In this document: piece by piece, positions 49,327 to 57,141 of the stretch
How positions within the stretch are numbered: position 1 is the stretch's first letter
Layout of the letters: every line of letters starts with the position of its first letter
Position numbers and translations under genes: made by a program
NCBI RefSeq assembly: GCF_033447055.1
Contig: NZ_JAWQJF010000061.1
Span: forward strand, 21,780-85,779
Direction: 5' to 3'
DNA length: 64,000 bases
Source: Sedimentibacter sp.
GTDB lineage: Bacteria; Bacillota; Clostridia; Tissierellales; Sedimentibacteraceae
The notes under the pieces: model-generated
What the model was told of the DNA's origin: nothing
The model's database searches: none
The model's input: the letters and a program-made list of their open reading frames with translations, nothing else

Positions 49327-50100
49327 ATGATTAATTATACTAGAATAAAAATGTTAAATAAGGAAAAAACAATTGGAACATTTTTTGAACTTGGAACAGC
49401 TAACGCAGTAGAGGGCTTAGGCTATAGTGGTTTAGATTACATAATAATTGATACAGAACATGGTCCATTTGCAGAAGAAAGTGCTATGGAATTCATAAGA
49501 ACAGCAAAATTAAGCAAGTTAACTCCTTTTGTTAGAATTAAAGATATTACAAGACCATCAGTTTTGAGAATGCTTGATATAGGAGCAGAAGGATTAATTG
49601 TTCCATGTGTTGAAACGGTTGAAGAAGTTAAAAACCTTGTTAAGTGGGGTAAGTATGCTCCAATGGGCGAACGTGGATTTTTCTATGGCAGAGCAGCAGG
49701 ATATGGATACGAAGATTTTACATCTCCACTTAGTGAATACTTTAATAAATGCAACATCGAAACTATGATAATACCTCAATGTGAAACATTGGGGTGCTTA
49801 GAAAATATAGAAGAAATTATGTTGATAGATGGAGTTGATGGTATATTTGTAGGACCTTATGATTTATCTATAGCATTGGGTAAACCAGGGCAATTTAATA
49901 CAGATGAATTTACAGAAGCATTATCACGAATATTGAAAGCATGTATAAATGTCAATAAACCAGCAATGATATTTGCTAATGATCTAGAAACTGCAATAAA
50001 AGATTTTAATATTGGCTTTGATTCTGTGGCAATGGGCACTGATATTGCAGCACTTACAAACAGTTTCATGAGCATTGTAAACAAAATTAGGAAAGAATAG
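49327..50100 (+). CDS. HpcH/HpaI-family aldolase
   Basis: Motifs DYIIIDTEHGP, IVPCVETVEE, IIPQCET and FVGPYDLS. RBS gaggag. Confidence 0.85.
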   Translation: MINYTRIKMLNKEKTIGTFFELGTANAVEGLGYSGLDYIIIDTEHGPFAEESAMEFIRTAKLSKLTPFVRIKDITRPSVLRMLDIGAEGLIVPCVETVEEVKNLVKWGKYAPMGERGFFYGRAAGYGYEDFTSPLSEYFNKCNIETMIIPQCETLGCLENIEEIMLIDGVDGIFVGPYDLSIALGKPGQFNTDEFTEALSRILKACINVNKPAMIFANDLETAIKDFNIGFDSVAMGTDIAALTNSFMSIVNKIRKE

Positions 50101-50261
50101 TTAAATGGTTTTTAAAGAACTAGTAAAGCAAAACAGATGAAGTTGGATAAGAATGCTTAATTTCCGGTCCTTTAATTTATTAATTTTTATATGGAAGAAT
50201 GAACTTTAATACTATATAATATTAAAAAAGAATAAAAACATAAAATATTTGGAGGAACATT

Positions 50262-50531
50262 ATGAAGGTGAAAGTCTGTGTAGGTTCAAGTTGTACACTG
50301 CTGGGTTCAATGGGAATTTTAGATCAGATTGATGATTTGAAGGACATCATTAGCGAAGATGCAGAAAACTATAAAGATGAAGAGTTAGAAGTGGAAGCAG
50401 TTAAATGTTTAGGATTTTGTAAAGAAATTGGTGAAAAAGTATCACCTGTAGTAGTCATAGATGACGAGATTATGTTTAATGCCACTAGTCAGACCGTAAT
50501 GGAGAAAATTGTAAATAAAATGAGAAAGTGA
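50262..50531 (+). CDS. Thioredoxin-like [2Fe-2S] ferredoxin-type protein
   Basis: 89 aa. Cys pairs VCVGSSC and KCLGFC. RBS ggagga. Confidence 0.7.
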   Translation: MKVKVCVGSSCTLLGSMGILDQIDDLKDIISEDAENYKDEELEVEAVKCLGFCKEIGEKVSPVVVIDDEIMFNATSQTVMEKIVNKMRK

Positions 50532-50558
50532 TAGTAAGTAACTATAGGAGTAATAGTT

Positions 50559-52061
50559 ATGAAGGAAAGTTATGTTAATCTGATTAATATTAGAAGACAG
50601 GTTTTTGCAAAGATTGCTAAAATGGCATATGATGGTACTGATTTAAGTGAATTAGAAAAATTATCTTATGAGATTTTACCCGGAGAGGTAGCATTATATA
50701 GAGACAGTATATTTAGAGAGAGAGCAATAGTAGATGAACGACTAAGACTGACAATGGGGCTAGACGTAAGGAAACCAACTGAGTACCACCGAGTTACTGA
50801 CGGAATTTCTGAAGTAAATGTTAGTGAAATTCAATTTGTTGAGCCTTTAGTAAATATCATCACCTATGCATGTGAAGCATGTCCGACCAAAGCTTTTTAC
50901 GTTACGGACAATTGCAGAAAGTGTTTATCCCATCCCTGTACTAACGTATGCCCTGTAAATGCAGTTTCTATAGGGAAGGACAGAGCAATAATTGATCAGG
51001 ATAAGTGCATTAAATGTGGCAGATGTGAGCAAACATGCCCATATAACGCAATTGTGAAATATGAAAGACCTTGTGCAGCAGCATGTGGTGTTAATGCAAT
51101 AGAAAGTGATCATTTAGGAAGAGCTAAAATCAACCAAGACAGATGCGTATCTTGTGGGAATTGCATTATTCAGTGCCCGTATGGAGCGATTTCTGATAAG
51201 TCACAAATATATCAGCTTGTTATCGCTCTCAAAAACAATAGCCATATGTATGCTATAATAGCTCCGTCATTTTTAGGGCAGTTCGGACCATTAGCATCTC
51301 CTGCTCAAGTATTTGAAGGTATTAAACAGCTTGGATTTAGAGATATAGTAGAGGTAAGTCTGGGAGCTGATATTACAACTCTGCGTGAAGCAAAAGAATT
51401 TCTTGAAAGAGTACCTGAAAAAAATCCTTATATGGGAACAAGTTGCTGTAACTCGTGGACAATAATGGTTGAGAAGTTATTTCCGGATCAGTACCAATAT
51501 ATTTCAGATTCTGCTTCACCAATGGTTGAGACAGCAAAATATATTAAGGATAAAGACCCGGAGGCAAAAATAACATTTATAGGACCTTGTATTTCTAAGA
51601 AGTTAGAAGCATTAAGAGAAGATGTCAAGGATTATGTTCACTTTGTAATAACCTTTGAGGAACTCATGGGTATGTTTGTTGCTAAAGGAATTGAATTATC
51701 GGAAATTGAGGTGTCAAAAGAAATACAGGATGCTTCATCGCTGGGCCGCGGCTATGCCATAGCAGGAGGAGTAGCTGAAGCAGTGAAAAATACTGCTTTA
51801 AAAATTGATCCTTCAAGGGAAATAAATGTTGAAAGTGCATCTACTCTCCAAGAGTGTGTAAAACTAATGAGACTGGCAAAAGCAGGAAAAAAGAATGGGT
51901 ATTTGCTTGAAGGCATGGCATGCCTTGGCGGATGTATTGGTGGACCTGGAACAATATCTTCAATAAATAGAGTTAGAAAGGCAGTAACGGATTTTAAAAA
52001 TCAGTCAGCATATGAAACTCCATTTGATAATGATATTATTGATGAAAAATTGAAGAAGTAA
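50559..52061 (+). CDS. [FeFe]-hydrogenase-like protein with N-terminal 4Fe-4S ferredoxin domains
   Basis: Several CxxCxxCxxxCP motifs. H-cluster-type motifs TSCCNSW, GPCISKK and EGMACLGGCIGGPG. Confidence 0.8.
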   Translation: MKESYVNLINIRRQVFAKIAKMAYDGTDLSELEKLSYEILPGEVALYRDSIFRERAIVDERLRLTMGLDVRKPTEYHRVTDGISEVNVSEIQFVEPLVNIITYACEACPTKAFYVTDNCRKCLSHPCTNVCPVNAVSIGKDRAIIDQDKCIKCGRCEQTCPYNAIVKYERPCAAACGVNAIESDHLGRAKINQDRCVSCGNCIIQCPYGAISDKSQIYQLVIALKNNSHMYAIIAPSFLGQFGPLASPAQVFEGIKQLGFRDIVEVSLGADITTLREAKEFLERVPEKNPYMGTSCCNSWTIMVEKLFPDQYQYISDSASPMVETAKYIKDKDPEAKITFIGPCISKKLEALREDVKDYVHFVITFEELMGMFVAKGIELSEIEVSKEIQDASSLGRGYAIAGGVAEAVKNTALKIDPSREINVESASTLQECVKLMRLAKAGKKNGYLLEGMACLGGCIGGPGTISSINRVRKAVTDFKNQSAYETPFDNDIIDEKLKK

Positions 52062-52110
52062 ATAAGAAGGTGTACAGTTAAAAAACGGTAGATTTGATTT
52101 TTTTGCAATG

Positions 52111-52139
52111 TTGACAAACAAAAAAAATTATGATATATT
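52111..52139 (+). promoter_or_regulatory. Promoter of the B12-regulated transporter operon
   Basis: TTGACA (52111-52116), 17-nt spacer, TGaTATATT (-10 at 52134-52139). Confidence 0.55.
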
Positions 52140-52159
52140 GGTATAAAATAGAATATCGA

Positions 52160-52403
52160 AAACATTTAAGGTGCTTTTTATAAAGAGAATAGGGAAACTG
52201 GTTAAAGTCCAGTGCGAACCCATCACTGTAAGCAGAGACTAAGTCTTAATATGCCACTGAAGGAAACTTTGGGAAGGTAAGACGGAGGATGAACTGTAAG
52301 CCAGGAGACCTGCCTTGAAGAAGAAAAATATGTAAGGGAAGTACATATATTATGTCTTTAGTTTGATGGGAGCTAATTAGCAATTGCTAGTTGGCTCTTT
52401 TTT
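52160..52403 (+). promoter_or_regulatory. Cobalamin riboswitch with a terminator expression platform
   Basis: Aptamer elements AATAGGGAAACTGGTTAAAGTCCAG and GCCACTG, plus the B12 box AAGCCAGGAGACCTGCC (52298-52314). Terminator: gagctaattagc-aatt-gctagttggctc followed by T6 (52369-52403). Confidence 0.88.
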
Positions 52404-52538
52404 ATGCCCTAACCCCATTTTTTAGAGTGATTTCTAAAAAATGGTTGGTAGGTCAAACGCAACGAAATCCAAATTTATGTGAGCGGTAGCGAACAAATAA
52501 ATTTATGATTGAGACTGTGAAATGCCCTAACCCCATTT
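52404..52538 (+). repeat. Intergenic structured repeat, copy 2, plus a 17-nt direct repeat of its own 5' end
   Basis: 52404-52517 aligns with 1294-1408. ATGCCCTAACCCCATTT occurs at 52404-52420 and again at 52522-52538, immediately before the btuC-like RBS. Confidence 0.85.
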
Positions 52539-52554
52539 GGGAAGGAAGGTTTAT

Positions 52555-53592
52555 ATGGATGAAATTCAAAAGCGAAAATGTAATCGCAATAAATATATAA
52601 TGATAGGATTTGGAATCTTCACACTGATAATAATAACACTTATTTCTGCTGTGGGTACAGGTGCAATGCAAATTGGGTTTGATGAATCTATGGGTATCTT
52701 GTTGGGAAAAATTACTCACCACTCTTTAAGCGGAATAAAGGAAAACATAGTTGCCGTAGTGTGGGAAATAAGAACACCTCGTGTTTTGTGCGGTTTGTTT
52801 GTGGGTATGGGGCTTTCCGTGGCAGGAGCAATATTCCAGTCACTTCTAGGAAATCCTCTGGCTGATCCTTATACATTGGGTATTTCCACCGGTGCGGCAT
52901 TCGGTGCATCACTGGCAATTTTATTAAATATTTTATATGGACTGGCATTACCTACAACTGTTTTTGCTTTTGGATTTGCAATTCTGACAATGATGATTGT
53001 GTTGTTGATTTCTAAGCGCAGCGGAGTTTATACCACAAGCAGCTTGATTATTTCGGGCATTATAATAGGTTCCATTTTGTCTGCAGGAATCAGTTTTATA
53101 AAGATGACTGCGGGGGAGGATGTGAGCGCCATAGTCTTTTGGATAATGGGAAACCTTGTGGCTTGCAAGTGGGCTGATGTATTTCTTTTAATGCCAACAG
53201 TCCTCACAGCTTGCATCATTGCTTACGCTTACGCTAATGATTTGAACATAATGACACTGGGAGACAAAGGTGCTCAGGCTCTTGGTGTAGACACAAAGAA
53301 AACACGTCTGATTTACATGATAATCGGGTCAAGTTTAACTGCTGTTTGTGTTTCTGTAAGTGGTGTAATTGGATTTGTTGGTCTTGTTGTTCCTCATCTG
53401 TTAAGAATGTGGCTGACAGCGGACAACAGGGTGATGATACCTCTTTCTGCGTTATTTGGAGGACTTTTAATGATGGTTGCAGACAATGTTACACGTTTGT
53501 TTTCTAATGGAGAGATTCCCGTCGGAGTACTGACCACTTTGTTTGGAGGGCCATTCTTCCTGTTTGTGTACTTTAAAGGTCCCAGGAGGTAA
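52555..53592 (+). CDS. FecCD-family ABC permease (BtuC-like)
   Basis: About 9-10 hydrophobic spans, with motifs LADPYTLGISTGAAFG and GEIPVGVLT. ATG 52555 follows GGAAGGAAGG. Confidence 0.9.
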   Translation: MDEIQKRKCNRNKYIMIGFGIFTLIIITLISAVGTGAMQIGFDESMGILLGKITHHSLSGIKENIVAVVWEIRTPRVLCGLFVGMGLSVAGAIFQSLLGNPLADPYTLGISTGAAFGASLAILLNILYGLALPTTVFAFGFAILTMMIVLLISKRSGVYTTSSLIISGIIIGSILSAGISFIKMTAGEDVSAIVFWIMGNLVACKWADVFLLMPTVLTACIIAYAYANDLNIMTLGDKGAQALGVDTKKTRLIYMIIGSSLTAVCVSVSGVIGFVGLVVPHLLRMWLTADNRVMIPLSALFGGLLMMVADNVTRLFSNGEIPVGVLTTLFGGPFFLFVYFKGPRR

Positions 53593-53594
53593 AC

Positions 53595-54383
53595 ATGAAA
53601 AAACATGATAATCTTACCCCTGTTTTAAGAGGACAAAATATTGATTTTAATTACGGAAAACGACAGGTTCTTACGGATATAAGCCTTGATGTCTATGAAG
53701 GCGAGTACATTTCTATAATCGGACCTAACGGCAGCGGTAAAAGCACGCTTTTTAATATACTCAGCGGATTGGAAAAATCAAAACATGGGAATGTGTACTG
53801 TGAAAATCAGACATTGCAAGATATGAATCCGAGGCTCAGGGCTCAATGCATAGCAATCGTCCAGCAAAATTCCCAACAAGCTATGCCTTTTACCTGCCTT
53901 GAAAGCATTTTACTGGGGGTTTATCCATACCAGGAACGCTTTGGTTCAATAAGTGATATACAGTATAAAAAGGTTATGCAATTGATGAAGGCTACAGATA
54001 CATGGAAATTGGCAGAGCAACCCATCACACAGATTTCCGGCGGTGAAAGGCAGCGTGTATCTTTGTGCCGGGCACTCGTTCAAGAGCCAAGGGTATTGCT
54101 GTTGGACGAAGCAATGTCTGAAATGGATATTTCTGTTTGTTCACAAATGTCCGAATTGCTTAAAAAGCTTTGCCGTGAGGATGGACTTGCTGTTATTGCC
54201 ATTCACCATGATTTAAATCTTGCATATGGTTGCAGCAATAAAATTTATGCCATTAAAGATGGCCGCTGTGCAGGTTTTGGCACACCTAAAGAGGTAATGA
54301 CGGAAGAAATGTTCCATCATGTTTTCAATGTTAAAGTTGAAATCTTTGAAAACAAAGGTTTCTTCATTAAAAATAAATTTTAA
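53595..54383 (+). CDS. ABC transporter ATPase (BtuD/FepC-like)
   Basis: Walker A GPNGSGKST, signature ISGGERQRV, Walker B LLLDEAMSEMD. Confidence 0.92.
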   Translation: MKKHDNLTPVLRGQNIDFNYGKRQVLTDISLDVYEGEYISIIGPNGSGKSTLFNILSGLEKSKHGNVYCENQTLQDMNPRLRAQCIAIVQQNSQQAMPFTCLESILLGVYPYQERFGSISDIQYKKVMQLMKATDTWKLAEQPITQISGGERQRVSLCRALVQEPRVLLLDEAMSEMDISVCSQMSELLKKLCREDGLAVIAIHHDLNLAYGCSNKIYAIKDGRCAGFGTPKEVMTEEMFHHVFNVKVEIFENKGFFIKNKF

Positions 54384-54404
54384 TTATAAAAAGGAGTAAA
54401 TTAA

Positions 54405-55304
54405 ATGAAAAAAATTGTTACACTTGTTCTTGCCGCATTGACGGTTCTTACACTGGCAGCTTGCTCTTCAACAGCTGCAGATACAAAAACAGCAGAAGTT
54501 GGGGATCTTGCAAAAAAAGCAATTTTGGTAGTAAGCTTTGGAACCAGCTACAATGATACACGCGCCTTGACTATTGATGCCATTGAAAAGGCCATAGCAG
54601 ACGAATATTCTGATTACGAAGTTCGCCGAGCATTTACCAGTCAGATTATCATAGATAAGCTTAAGGAGCGAGACAAACTTGACATCAAAAATGTTGATCA
54701 AGCAATGCAACAGCTGGTTGCAGATAAAGTAGGCACTCTTGTGGTTCAGCCGACACACATAATGAATGGATTTGAATTCGATGAAATGAAAGCATCCATC
54801 GAGCCGTACGCTGAAAATTTTGATTCAATTATATACAGCGCACCGCTTTTGTCAAGCGTTGAAGATTACATGACATTGATAGAAGCGTTCGAAAATGAAA
54901 TAGCAACTGATGTTCCAAAAGATACTGCGTTGGTTCTTATGGGACACGGAACTGAACACTTTGCAAATGCAACATATGCTGCACTGGATTACATGTTTAA
55001 AGATAAAGGAATTAATAATATTTTTGTGGGTACAGTTGAAAGCTATCCTGATTTAGATACAGTTATTAAACATGTGAAAGATGCCGGCTTCACAAAAGTT
55101 ATACTAGAACCTCTCATGGTTGTTGCAGGAGATCATGCAAACAATGACATGGCAGGAGATGAAGAAGGTTCATGGAAGACAGCTTTTAAGGCAGAAGGCT
55201 TTGAAGTTGAATGTGTATTAAGAGGGCTTGGAGAATTCAGCTCAATTCATGACATGTATGTACAGCATGTATATAATGCCATCAATGCACCTGCTGAAGA
55301 GTAA
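54405..55304 (+). CDS. CbiK-type (class II chelatase fold) lipoprotein, predicted extracytoplasmic
   Basis: Signal peptide with lipobox LTLAAC (Cys20). CbiK-like core follows: ILVVSFGTSYNDTR, LMGHGTEH and VVAGDHANNDM. Confidence 0.8.
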   Translation: MKKIVTLVLAALTVLTLAACSSTAADTKTAEVGDLAKKAILVVSFGTSYNDTRALTIDAIEKAIADEYSDYEVRRAFTSQIIIDKLKERDKLDIKNVDQAMQQLVADKVGTLVVQPTHIMNGFEFDEMKASIEPYAENFDSIIYSAPLLSSVEDYMTLIEAFENEIATDVPKDTALVLMGHGTEHFANATYAALDYMFKDKGINNIFVGTVESYPDLDTVIKHVKDAGFTKVILEPLMVVAGDHANNDMAGDEEGSWKTAFKAEGFEVECVLRGLGEFSSIHDMYVQHVYNAINAPAEE

Positions 55305-55372
55305 GCAAAAGACATATACCGAGGTGCTTCATGCCTCGGTACATTCTACTCGATTTAAGAAAAGAGGCAGCT

Positions 55373-56845
55373 ATGAAAAATAACAAAAATAAAATGTTTG
55401 CTTTATTAATAGCAATAATCATGTTTTCATTTTCATTATCAGGTTGTACAGAAACAAAGGATGTTGCTGTACAACCTGACAATGCAAAACAAATAGACGT
55501 CGCTATTCAATTCACTGATGATGACGGGCGAGAAATTGCCATTGATGAACCATGTTCCCGCATCATCTCTTTGTACAGCGCCCACACTGAAAATTTGTTT
55601 GAACTTGGTGCAGGCAATTTGATTATTGGCGTTCATGATACATCAATATATCCTCCGGAAACTCAAAAAATTCCAATTTATGACTATACGGACGACCCGG
55701 AAAAAATAATTGCTGCAGATCCTGATCTCGTATTGATACGTCCATTTATTACAAGAAAAGTTCCTGATTTTGTAGAGGCTATTGAAAACGCAGGAATTAC
55801 GGTTGTATCATTGTACCCTGAGAAATTTGAGGACTTTGATGACTATATCGAAAAGCTCTCACTTTTAACAGGAACAGAGGAAGTAGCAAAAGAAAAACTA
55901 GCATTGTTTCATGAGAATATTGATGATGTTTCTTCAAAGACAAAATCTGTAATTGAAAAACAAAGGATATTCTTTGAAGCTACTGAAGCGAATCTGCGCA
56001 CAATAACAGAAGAATCAATGGCAGCACACGCCATTGCTTTTGCAGGAGGAATCAACATAGCAGAAAAAGCAGAAGCCGTTGAGGAAGGAAGCTCCATAGC
56101 CACATTCGGAGTTGAAAAAATACTTTCTCTCGCTGATGACATTGATGTTTACGTGTCTCAGCGGGGTGCCATGAATGCCGGAGGCAATTTGCACTCCATA
56201 TTCATTCGTCCGGGCTTTGACACAATAAAGGCAATAAAGGATAAAAGAGTGTATATCTTAAATGAAAAAATCATATCTTCGCCAACGTTCAGATTTTATA
56301 AAGGAGTGAGGGAATTGTCACGATATCTTTATCCGGATGTCGTAGATAATATTTCAGAATATGAGGTTGATGATGCTGCTGACAAGCGTGACTTTGCAAA
56401 CATCATGGTTAGGCAGCTCCACATTCCTATCTACATAACATCATCCTCAAAATATTATGAAACTGATACAAAAGGGCATATATACGGCATGTTTAGTGAT
56501 GTTACCTGGCAGGATGATGATTTTGATTATATTGAAACTTGCGCTATGGGAGGATATATTCCTTATAAAGAAGACGGTGAACAGCAATATTTTGAGCCGG
56601 ATTCAAATGTTACAAGAGAAATGCTTGCACAGACAATATTTCTGACAGGTGATTTCAAGCGTACAGCGGAAGCAACTCCTATTAATGACCTGGATCAATG
56701 CGACAATGCAAATATTGTTCAAATATTGGTGGATAATGGAGTGTTTTCTCTCAATCAAGGAAATTTTGAACCTGGACGCAATGTAACTTGCAATGAAATT
56801 ATTGATGCTCTAAAATTTGTTTCATATACCGTTTCGGATTTGTAA
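55373..56845 (+). CDS. BtuF-like periplasmic-binding-protein-fold lipoprotein with C-terminal SLH-like repeats
   Basis: Lipobox FSLSGC (Cys25). Class III SBP-like core (RIISLYSAHTENLFELGAGNLIIGV...DPDLVLIRPF). C-terminus: FSDVTWQDDDFDYIETCAMGGYIPYKEDGEQQYFEPDSNVTREMLAQTIF plus a second SLH-like unit. Confidence 0.75.
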   Translation: MKNNKNKMFALLIAIIMFSFSLSGCTETKDVAVQPDNAKQIDVAIQFTDDDGREIAIDEPCSRIISLYSAHTENLFELGAGNLIIGVHDTSIYPPETQKIPIYDYTDDPEKIIAADPDLVLIRPFITRKVPDFVEAIENAGITVVSLYPEKFEDFDDYIEKLSLLTGTEEVAKEKLALFHENIDDVSSKTKSVIEKQRIFFEATEANLRTITEESMAAHAIAFAGGINIAEKAEAVEEGSSIATFGVEKILSLADDIDVYVSQRGAMNAGGNLHSIFIRPGFDTIKAIKDKRVYILNEKIISSPTFRFYKGVRELSRYLYPDVVDNISEYEVDDAADKRDFANIMVRQLHIPIYITSSSKYYETDTKGHIYGMFSDVTWQDDDFDYIETCAMGGYIPYKEDGEQQYFEPDSNVTREMLAQTIFLTGDFKRTAEATPINDLDQCDNANIVQILVDNGVFSLNQGNFEPGRNVTCNEIIDALKFVSYTVSDL

Positions 56846-57141
56846 TAGTTGTGAATGAAATTCTTAGAAATTTGTATTAAATTTTTAGAAAAAACATTAT
56901 AATAAAAAGCTTGAAGTTCATTGTAAATAATGGATTGCAAGCTTTTAATATGTTTTAAAAAGTGTACTTTTTTTATTATTTAGCTTCTTAAGAAATACTA
57001 ATATTGACATTGTAACAAAATGAATAAATCTTATTTCTAAAAAACAGAATTTATAGTATAATGAACAATGAATATGTCTTATGAGCTACATTATGAAAAG
57101 TATCTAGAAAGGGACGGAGAATATCCGACAATACAAAAAAT

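Noticed and set aside
1294-52538. The two direct copies of the 115-nt element, read as att-like borders of a 51-kb integrated element
   Set aside because: The interval is filled with core housekeeping genes (addAB, tsaD, glmM, polA, coaE, transketolase, carD). It contains no integrase, transposase or phage/conjugation genes.
52453-52722. Track ORF of 89 aa on the minus strand spanning the repeat and the btuC start
   Set aside because: It runs antisense across a non-coding repeat and a well-supported permease start. The equivalent frame in copy 1 differs. Likely spurious.
57040-57141. Possible riboswitch (for example, guanidine-type) in front of the EamA transporter, because the ATG lacks an RBS
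   Set aside because: I found no ACGR-loop hairpin pair or other recognisable aptamer core, only a 4-bp cgga/tccg stem.
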